DNA of 50,871 bases, the filler included, from Jimgerdemannia flammicorona (Eukaryota): assembly GCA_003990765.1 (NCBI GenBank). It is 2 parts of 2 records of this genome, joined end to end, with 100 filler letters (N's around TTAATTAATTAA, not from the genome) between each part and the next. Parts side by side here need not be neighbours in the genome. Positions count along the whole stretch, not along the records: positions 25,489 to 50,871 come from RBNJ01000839.1; 1 more part is not named here. One strand, written 5' to 3'. The notes beneath the pieces are model-generated. The model was not told the DNA's origin and ran no database searches. It worked only from the letters and a program-made list of their open reading frames with translations. How positions within the stretch are numbered: position 1 is the first letter of the stretch; each line of letters begins with the position of its first letter. The position numbers and the translations under genes are program-made. This document shows positions 38,096 to 48,000 of the stretch, one piece after another.

Positions 38096-38953
38096 TTAGA
38101 GCAGAATGTTCAAGACTATAGGGGCTTTATCATTAGAGGTCAGGATGTCTTTGAAGGAGATAAGGTCCACAAATTTATCATCATCATATAGATCATGTAT
38201 TTCACATACTTTGTATGCTTTATTGTGCATCTCACATATGTTATATGAAATGACATTATTGCCAATAACATCATCACATTTGGCAGTAGAGAAATCAGGA
38301 ACAAGGATATCTGGAGCTCTCAAGTCTATGAGGTTTTCTTTCACAAAATAGAGAACAAATGTGGGGTCTTGGGGAGATCTAACCTAGATACTTGGGCCTT
38401 GGAATACTGAGATCAATCCTTGTAGGAATTGGTCTAAGTTGTTCTGGAGAATGGAATGTCAGAAGTCTTCTACTTTGTCACTATTGAGAGTGATAGTAGA
38501 CTGGGCTTCTATAGCCACTCTGGCTTCTAGTATATTGATATGGCAAGATAACAGATCTCTGAAGTCTGAGACTCTAACATACTCCAAGTTAGAGATCGAC
38601 CATAGTATATATCTGAAGATCTGATAGATCTTCTTAGCTATCTTTGCCTTATATATATCTATGAGAGTGGTATTTTATAGCTCTTGAGAGCTGGTCTGTA
38701 GGAACTCCCAGTAGAGGAGGTTTCCTATTTTGTACTTCTGCCACATTTGGAGGCATTTGGTAGCAATAGTGATTCTTGTTTCCATTTCACAATGGTAGAG
38801 AATATAGTAATAAGAGTCACCAGTACTTAGGTTGATACTAGGAGTCCTTCTTGAGTAGGTCCTCATAGCTCTTCTGATGTCTTGGAACATTCTTTCTTCA
38901 ACTGAGATACCTTGGTGGTTCCTTGACCTTAAGGTTTGGTGAACAGCAGGCAT
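38096..38953 (-). pseudogene. Accessory ORF C (285 codons), homolog of ORFs A and B
   Basis: Track ORFs 38675-38953 and 38096-38344 are one frame with three C>T-type stops. Contains RMFQDIRRAM..PSINLST..QMWQKYKIGNLL..KAKIAKKIYQIFRY..ISNLEYV. Confidence 0.75.
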
Positions 38954-40109
38954 TTTGTTTATAGTAAGTCTTTGAGCTATTTTGGGATTAGTAAGTCTTG
39001 TTGATTGCTGTTACTACAGTTCTTTAATCCTTTTTATATTCCTCAAGATACTATACTGTGGTCACAATATCTCACAGTTGGTCATCATTGCTCATCTTAT
39101 ATGCCATATGATCTTCTTGTACTCTGATCTGGTGACTTGTGAGGAAAGGCTGTCCCCTGTGCTGATATTATTATTCTGGAGTCACTATTATACTATATAT
39201 AATATATTACCATTTTTACTAAGATCTCTATTTACTATATTTATTTAATCTTTCCTTCACTATTTTTATCTCCTTTGTCATTATTTTCTTTAGTGCTCAG
39301 AATGAATCAAATTGAATCAAATTTGACTCCAATTTAATTTAATTTTATTTTAATTCAAAGTTTAATTTGAACCAAATTTTTCAAAATTTAATAACACAAT
39401 CAAAAAATATCCAAATTTAATGAATTTTAGCCTGTTATATGTGCCTTATGATGGTGAATATAGTATAATAAAGAATATTAAATTTGAATATATTTTTATT
39501 AAGTTATGATATTTTAAATTTAGGATAAAAATTTTAAATTAAATCAGACCTCAATATGATTTAAACTTGATTTGATTTGAACCTAATATAAATTGAAAAA
39601 TCCCCAATTTGATTTAATTTGAATGACCCTCAATTCAATTCAATTTGAATTGATTTAATATATTAATCTTCTTTATATATCTCTATTTTCTTTACTATTA
39701 TTTTTTTAAAAATATTTAAAATTTTAATATAATTTAGTACAGAGCTTAATATAGTAAAGTTGCTAAATTTTATTAAATTTAGACCTAAATTTATTGAGAT
39801 ATTGAAGTTTTTATATTTTATTTTTTAAAATAATAGTGGTTTTTTCTCAAGTCTTAATTTTCTCAAAATTAATCAACTTTAAAAGAATATAACTTTATAT
39901 CTCAGTATTTAAATATAAAAGAAAGAGGCATCTTAATTTTATAGATAAATAACTAGAAAATAAAAATATGAAGCAAGTTTGTTAATATCTTTTTTTATTC
40001 TAAAGTTCTATTCTTGTGAAGATATGAAATTGTCTTTGCTGCGCCCTTTTAGTAAATTATCCGATTATGACGTCACTGCCCTTTTTTTTTTTTATGTCGT
40101 TGTCGTTTC

Positions 40110-40782
40110 CCTTTCACTCTTCCCTTTCTTCCAACTCTCTCCTCTTCCCTTTCTTCCAACTCTCTTTCACTTTATACAAATACCTCAGATCCTAGGTCCA
40201 AACCGCCATCAGGCCCAGAATATAGCCAACAACTCTACTCTACGCGTAAGTCCATTTTTTTCCTTTCGAATTAGCAGGCGTGGTGTTGGAAAGATGGAAA
40301 CACAAAAAAATGTCAATACGCTTATAGTCCATATTCTCTTTGTCACTCAACTAACAAGAGTCGTTTGATTCATACACGCCATCCTCTGCTCATCATAATA
40401 TTAATGGCTACATTGCATTCCTTTTAGAGGTTGGTCCGCCACCCCTTATGGTGAAAAGAAGAATACATTACGGCCAAAACGTTTTGCAAAAAAAAACAAG
40501 TATGGTGGAGTAGAGAGTGAAAACAGCTTGGTACACGGTACGTGGGAACAGCCCACGTACGATGGATTGCCTACCTTTGTAGTACGCAAACATTGTGCCT
40601 GTGTTAGCATAAGTATGGCACATCTCCGGCTATTCGCAACTGCTGGGGAGCATACTGGTGGTGAAAAGTATGAGCGATTGTTATGCAATCGAAGTGGTAC
40701 TTGTGCGCTCCGCCATACAACGTTTTAGCAAATTTGGCGCGTTGTAAAAACATGTCCAGAACAATCACAGGTGGGTTTGTTT
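40110..40782 (+). repeat. Dispersed duplicated segment, copy 2
   Basis: Colinear similarity to 13950-14680. Confidence 0.85.
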
Positions 40783-40869
40783 TTAATGATATTTAAACCA
40801 AATGATTTTTATGTTAAAGACTATAACTAACTGACCCCGCAACCGGCCACGTTGCCGGTCTTGGTTGCT

Positions 40870-41547
40870 TTCTGCCCCGGCTCCGTTGACGTCGCCTCCG
40901 AGGAGGTAGTCGGATCGGCCATCGAGGCCACGATCGCCAGATTTGGCAGACTTGGCTGACGTGTTGCATTGCGCGGGCATCATCACGGCGGGAAAGGTAT
41001 ATACACACTCGATCTGATTTTAGCATTATCCTAATTCATTCGTAACCCCTTCACTTTCAACCGTATCCCTCGCGTACAAAGATCGCCGAACCGGGCAAGC
41101 CCGCCGGCAACCTTGATATATTTGATCTCACATCCACGGAACGTTCAACGTGCCGCAAAAAGTGGCTGCCGTGCTCGTGAATCAGGAGCCGATTAATGAG
41201 GACGGTATGTTAAGGATGCTTGAACTGTTGCCCACATGATACTTATGCCTGCTTTCTCCGATCCATCAGACTCAACCCATTCCCCCCTTTTAACCACAGG
41301 AAAACGCGGCGTGATTATTAACACGGTCTCGATCGCCTACCAGGACAGCCAGGTTGGCTAAGTGGCCTATGCGATACCTAGCGCCTCTCCAGTCTGTTAT
41401 CACAAAACATCCCCAAGTAATGAGAGACATCGAATTTCTGCTCACCCTGCTGAGCTTGCCAAGCTTGTGGCCATGATTGTCGAGAACCCGATGATGAACG
41501 GAGGAACAATCCGACTGGATGGAGCGACGAGGTTGGGGAAGGCATGA
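40870..41547 (+). pseudogene. Short-chain dehydrogenase pseudogene, 3-hydroxyacyl-CoA dehydrogenase type-2 (HSD17B10-like)
   Basis: DVASEEVV..AI..FGRL..LHCAGI; HGTFNV; EDG|KRGVIINTVSIAYQDSQVG*VAYA; ENPMMNGGTIRLDGATRL. Introns 40997-41081 and 41205-41299. TAA 41359-41361, frameshifts, missing N-terminus and mid-section. Confidence 0.85.
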
Positions 41548-41819
41548 AATTGTGCGTGCCAGGATGGTCAAGATGGCGGATAGGATGTTTGGCAGGGTAT
41601 TGGGCATAATTGTATCATAACATGAACGGATAATCCCGAGATCATATAGTTGTAATGATAAAACCGATAGTTCTTCTTACACAAGTGCCTTTGGGGCAGA
41701 GTGTGCTGTCTGAACTTTGATTTGTGTATTAATTTTTATTTTTTGGGGGCATACCGCAACTTGTTCCCATGTATTGTAAATATACAGAGAGATATATATA
41801 TTTGGGTCACACTAACCGC

Positions 41820-42560
41820 ACAACGAATAACAAATATCTATTCCTTAAATATAAATACCAAATATTTATTAAATGGCACTGGTCGAGAGGGTGGTGAAGA
41901 AGACCCTACATTGCTTCCCGGGTGGAATCTTCGCAAAGATGGCGTGCCTTTATCGGCAACAAGGTATCTTCGGGAACTGGTTAACACCCTACTTCCTGAT
42001 GAGGTGAACATCTTCCCAGACGGCATTTCTCCGAGTTATTGTGATGTGCATGCTCTTGGATGTGCCATATTAGGCTACCTGTTTGCTAATCCCTGACCAT
42101 GCCGACACCCTGAAGATCCGAGTCACGGTGACAATGAGGCTGTATATTTGTGGAAATTGTTTGCAGATGTTTTGTCAAGAAAAGGAACCACTATAAAGAT
42201 CCTAATAACCTCTCATGAACCTCTAGGATGGACTTTGGTTGAGAAGGAAACCCCACTCCAAAGCTTCTGTTCAGACATCAAGAGCAGTTATGACATGTTT
42301 CTTCAAAATCTTATATCTCTACAAGGGAGAGAATTGAGAAAGAGATGAAGATAAGAGAGGAGAAGAAGCAAAGAGAGGATGAGGCGAAGGCAATGGGGGG
42401 AGAAGAGACAGAGAAATTGGAGAAGGAGGTAGAAAGGATGAAAGAGAAGGTGAGAAATATTGAAATGAGGTAAAATGGATGCAGGACAAGATAGTAAGGA
42501 TGCAGGGTAAGGTGAAGAGAATGCAGAATGAAGGAATCAGTAAGAGAGATAAAAGATAAA
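41820..42560 (+). pseudogene. Unidentified gene remnant with a purine-rich (E/R/K) tail
   Basis: Track ORFs 41701-42096 and 42148-42348 share a frame across one TGA. CACTAAC branch-like site near 41810. No family recognised. Confidence 0.3.
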
Positions 42561-43199
42561 GAGTGTGAAGGAGATGGAAGAAGATTCTGATAGATTGCTG
42601 TATAAAGTACTTTGATAGATATCTGCTATATCTGAAGCTCTTTGCTAATGCTATCAACATAACAAAAAATCATTACAAATTATTGAAGGTCATTATCAGT
42701 GAATATTACCAAACAATACTTAAACATTTTTTTATAATAGATGATCTCAATAATTATTAGAGAACAATGATTAATATACTTCTAATATAATAGTACTTAT
42801 TGCTATACATATACTTATTCTTCATCAGACTGATCATGAAAGTAGAGATTAATGAAATCTGCAAACTTTTCAATTATGAGACTACTATAGGCCCTAATAT
42901 TGATAAGAGCTTATAATATCTATATTATCTCAGATTATTACTCAAGAAGAGTAAGGAGCAATATAGGAATCCTATTACTATTTGTAAAGTTGCAAAACAG
43001 CTCAATACTTTGTTCAAACTTTAAAAAAATTAAGACAAATCTATTTTATACTATAATGAAAGATTATATCAAAATTATGAGATTATTTATAACTAAGCTT
43101 GAGATGAAAGCTAACTTCAAAGAAGATATTAGAGAGATGTACTGTAGAGACCAAATATGTCAAAGTTATGAGGATACTCATATCTGAGGTCAAAGGAGA

Positions 43200-43520
43200 T
43201 ATAAATACCAAAGATAATATTAGAAAGATACTACTATACTAGACTGCCACAAGTATTCATATAGAGGTCTTATATCTGGGCTAAGTAAATACTAATACTA
43301 TCAATAGTACTGGAGATATACTGCTATACTAGATTATAGTGGGCAGCCATATAGTTATTTTATACTAAGTTTGGAATAAAGGCTAATACTAAGAATAACT
43401 ATCATCAGATACTACTATACTATACTATAATATATAGATATATAGAAGTTATTAGGTTGCTCAAGACAGATATTAATGATAATAATAGATATACCTCACT
43501 ATATTTAGCCATAGTCTATA
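43200..43520 (+). pseudogene. Hypermutated ankyrin-repeat relic (about 4 repeats)
   Basis: ATA CTR CTA TAC TAK at 43228, 43318 and 43409 back-mutates to T-P-L-H-W/Y, followed by H/Y-I-E-V and IRLL. Fourth copy TSLYLA at 43493. Confidence 0.6.
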
Positions 43521-44026
43521 TATTTAAATAAAAGTTATATTACTAATATATAATCTAAATATCAATTCTCAAGATTAGAAATAAACTATAGATAAAAGAA
43601 GAGTAAGAGATGATATGTCAATATCAAAGACAACTCATTGCTAAGTCTGGAGTAAATACTAATATTAATAATAAAGAGAGAGAGAATATATTGAGATCAT
43701 GAGATTACTCATAGTTAAGTATAGGGCAAACACTAATAGAGAGAAAGATATCACTATATAATACTGTAGAAAGAGAGTTATTAAGATCATGGTCAAGCAC
43801 AGGATATATACTAAAGCAATAAATAAGATAGAAGAGACTCTGTTACTCAAAGCTACAGAGAGAGAGCAAGATGTAAAATTATTTATAGTTGAGCTTAGAT
43901 ACATAAATACTAATACTATAAATCAAGAGAGGAAGAATGATAACAGGTGATCTTTCTCTGATATAATTTGGATTAAACTTCTAACAATACTTTCAATATT
44001 ATTTTTGAAAAAAAGGTACTAATAAT

Positions 44027-45085
44027 ATGGCAACTGATGAGCATTTCAAGGAGTATACTAGGCAGAGAGACTCTAGTATATTTGACTAGCAGTAGGTGGG
44101 GAGAAGTCATGGATTATAGGGGAGCCTGTTGGGTACTCTCTCTGGTAGACAAGATAGTGGTTGAGGCAGGTCTAGCCAACAGGGGCCTGAGAGGATGAGC
44201 TTTGCTGATAAGGTCAAGATGAGACATCTAGTGACTAGATTGGAGGGGTGGCTGCAGAAGAGTAAGAGAAAGGAGAAAACTATAGAACCTAGTAGGAGGG
44301 CTTATAGTAGTAGTGGCAGTAGGGCTGAAAGAGTAGAGGCTGGGGGGAGTAGGACTGCTAATGGAGGGGGAACTACTAATTTGGAAAAAAATTCAGATAT
44401 AATAGCTAATGGTAAGGCTGAGTAGAGGGGGAGCCTGAGGCTTAGAGATCTGGCTAATAGTATAATGGGTCTGGTGGTAGCACTATTACTCAAGAAATAA
44501 GTATCTGAATTTGCCATCATATATATTGAACTTCTGGGGCTTGGTAATTACAGCCAAAATAGTTCTGAGGCTTTTGGACTAGGTAAAAGGAGCAGTATTG
44601 GTAAAGTTTTTAAAGAATCTGGAAAGAGTGAAAGTATGCTTTGAGGAGGAGGAGTTGACGTTAAGAGTATTGAAAAAGAGAGTAATAGTAGAAGAAGTAG
44701 TGATTTCTATAATTTGGTACCTATACTGAGACCCTCAGATAGTACAGCTGATGGTAGTGAATATACCTATGGTGAAGAAGGAGGTGGTCAGGAAGTTGAT
44801 TGTTGATATTATCAAGAAATATAGCAATATAGTAGATGTTGGTTTCAGGGTCTAGGAGGGCATAGAGTTTAGGACTAGAGATGTAGATATTAGAGTGAGA
44901 CTGGCAGACAAGGAGAATACTAGAAAAGAAAGAGATTGGCTAGTGGTGCTTAAGTGGGAGCTAGTAGAGTGTAAGATCTCAAAGGTGAAGAGGATATTAG
45001 AGGAGGAGGACTTGCTGGAGATATTAAAAGACCTGGCTGGGATAGTGGAGAAGAGACAACTAGTCTGAAAGGAGTTTGAGACTCA
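44027..45085 (+). mobile_element. Older LINE copy, ORF1 5' part, interrupted by the next LINE
   Basis: Colinear with 45182-46240 but more decayed; similarity ends at about 45085. Confidence 0.85.
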
Positions 45086-45089
45086 AATC

Positions 45090-48000
45090 CAGATAACACC
45101 TTTCACCAGTAACATTCAGGTGATACAAGACTCAGACAACACTTTTATAATGTTTTTGGTAATAGATAACTATTAACATAAATGGCAACAATCGAACTGG
45201 TGAGCATGCTGGCCAGGGAGAAGGCAGTGCCTTTGGCTGGCAGTAGGTGGAGAGGAGGGGAGAGGGTTTGGAGATACTGGGGGTCTCAATGGCCAGCCAA
45301 GGTTCTGGTGGTGGAGGGAGGGGCAGCCTGAGGCAGTGAGGAGGGGAGAGGTCAATCTTTGCTAATAAGGTCAAGATGGGGAGAATGGCCTCTGGTCTGG
45401 ATGATTGGCTGGGCCTAGAGAAGACATCAATGGCTGCTGCTAGAGATCAGGGAGGAGTGCCCAGGGGAGTGTCTAGTAGTAGGGAAGGGGGGGGAGTAGG
45501 AGTGGGAGATGTGACTGTTGATGGAGCTGTGACTAGGTATCTGGCAAAAAATCCAGATATGATGGCAGTAACTGGTTTGAGACAGGGAGTGGGCATGAGG
45601 CCTGGGGACTTAGCTGATGGGGTGATGGGCATGTTGTCAGCACCATTACTTAAGAAATTGAGGTCAGAATTCACCATCACACTATGTTTCAGGGGCTTGG
45701 CGGTGACTGCAAGGATGATCTTAGGGCTGGTGGCACAGGAGGCAAAAGGGGTGGTATCAGTGAAGTTTTTGAGGGGGAAAGAAGGAGTCGAGGTGGGGTT
45801 CAAGGAAGAAGAAGTGCTGCTGGCTGCCATGGAGAAGGGGGTTATAGTGGGTGGGGTTGTGGTCCTGATGGCCAGGTGCATGTGCTGGGACCCATGAGTG
45901 GTATAGTTGACAGTGCAGAATCTTCCTATGGTATCAAAGAAGAGAGCTAGAGAGTTGATTGTGGAGGTGGTCAAGGAGTATGGGGAGATTGTGGATATTG
46001 GGTTTAAGGTCTGAGAGGATATGGAGCTCCAGACTGGTGACATCAACATCTGGGTGAGGCTGGCTGGAAAGGAGAACACAGGAAAGACAAGAGACTGACT
46101 AGCAACTCTGAGGTAGGGACCAGTGGAGTGTAAGGTCATAAGGGTGAAGGGGACCCAGGAAGAGGAGGAGGACTTGCTTGAGGCTCTGGAGGATCTGAAA
46201 GGAGCAGTCAAGAGGTAGAGGTTGGCTTGAAAGGAGTATGAGGCCAGGATGGTGGTGGAAGTTGTTGATGGAAAGAGGGTCAGGATGGATCAGGTGACCT
46301 GGGAGAAGATACAGGGGAGGAAAGTCCAGAAGGAGCTGCTGGCAAAGTTGAGTGGAGGTGGGGTAGGCAGTAGCACAGGGGATGGGAAAGCAGGATTGTA
46401 GAAGAGTGCCTGGGTGGGGGGAAGTGGGATAGCCCAAGGTGAGGTACAGGATGGATTGAGAGAGGAGAGGGGTAGTGGTGTAGAGGCCGATATGGAAATG
46501 AGTAAAGGAGTATGCCCTCAGTATAGTGTTCTGAGTGGGGCAGGGGGAGAGGAGGAGTTACTGGATATACCGGATGAGGAGTGGGATGAGTCAGTAAGGA
46601 GGAGTGCTTTGGTGGACCCAGAGGTGGGGGGTGGTCAGGTTGCTCAGAGTATGGCAGAGGCAGTAGATGAGGAGAAGTGGCTGTGGAAGATGCTGGAAGG
46701 GGTGGCAGCAGAGGAGCTGGGGGGAGAGGACTTCTGGATTATGGAAGAGAGGCACTGGGAGGAAATCCTTCAGGGAGAGGTGCTGAGGAAGGTGCAGAAT
46801 AAGATCCTGGTAGTTCTTTTGGAATTGGTTGAATATCAAGTCGATGATCAGAGGGAGGAGGAACTTAGAGGAATTGTGAATGACCAGGCAGCATACTTGT
46901 GGAACTCAAGAAAGGGATTGGAGAAGTGGCAAGTGGTCTGCACAGATTACTGGTTGGAGATAGAGGTGGTGGACAGGGTGGAATGTCAGGAAATCTTGGA
47001 GGCATTGGATGCTTAGATTGCTGCAGAGGGTGACTTGGAAGCAGAGCAGTACTTGGATCTGGCTGGGGATGAGATGAGCATAGAATACTAGGCTGAGGTC
47101 TCCAATTCAAACTTTTTCTTCAATATGAACAGTATAACTAGGATATTCTCTTTGAACATGAATAGGCTATAGGGGGCAGCTAGGAGGAGGTATATATTTG
47201 AATGGCTAAAAGGACTGGATGCAGACCTCTTTTTATTACAGGATGTCCATTATGAGGAGGATGTAGACTTACAGGACTGGACTAAGAAATGGGGGGGGGG
47301 GCTGCAGTATAGATGGGGAGCATGGGCATCCTCATTAGAAAAGGGATGGGAGACATTGGGGACATTGGACATTGGGGGTCTCAGTTGGTGTGGAGAGTGT
47401 GGAAGAGGCCTGGATGAAGCCCATTGATGGTTGGGTCATGTTATTGCCCAGCAGAGAGAGAGGAACAGGTGGATTGGATTTGCTGTTTGAAGGAGGTGAG
47501 TGTTTTGGGTGAGGCTGGGTTAGACTGCTTGGGGAGAGACTTTAATATGGTATAGAATAAGGAACTGGACAGGACAGATAGGAGGAGAGGAATGGGGAGC
47601 AGGAGTGGTGGGTTGGAGGACTGGTTGGAGATAGAGAGACTGAGTTCTTTGGTTGATTCAGGGAGATGGTTCTGGGAGGAGTATAGAATTTATACTCACT
47701 GGGCAGTGGGGCTGGGCTCAAGAATTGACTGGACTCTAATGGCAGACTGCTGGGGAGCTGATGTCTGGATGATGCTGGAGGTGGTTTGGTGTCTGTAGTC
47801 CGATCACTAGGATCTGCTAGGAGAGGGAAGGTTCAGGGGTAGTGGGGATGGGCCTGGACATTGGCGACTAAATTCTTCCTTGTTAGAGGATGGGGTTCTG
47901 TGGATGGACTGAGAGAAGAAGGTGGTTGAAAATATTGGGATGTGGCAGGACCAGGGCTTGGAAATTGGGGACTGCTGGAGGAGGCTAAAGGTAAGTGCTC

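Larger units (their letters stand above)
36034..39197 (-). mobile_element. Probable solo LTR (about 1.55 kb after removing the nested Tc1) carrying accessory ORF C
   Basis: Left end TGTAGTG (36034); right end TACTATA, read as mutated CACTACA (39191-39197); flanks TATCA/TATAA. Minus-strand order is ORF, 35-bp tandem repeats, TATAAATA (37881-37874), as in LTR A. No gag/pol nearby. Confidence 0.55.

Noticed and set aside
22010..38953. Accessory ORFs A/B/C as env genes
   Set aside because: They are too short and hydrophilic, with no visible signal peptide, furin site or transmembrane anchor.
39290..39665. Second MITE made of AATTY/TTGAA 5-mers
   Set aside because: The inverted similarity is weak and low-complexity; ends and TSD could not be defined.
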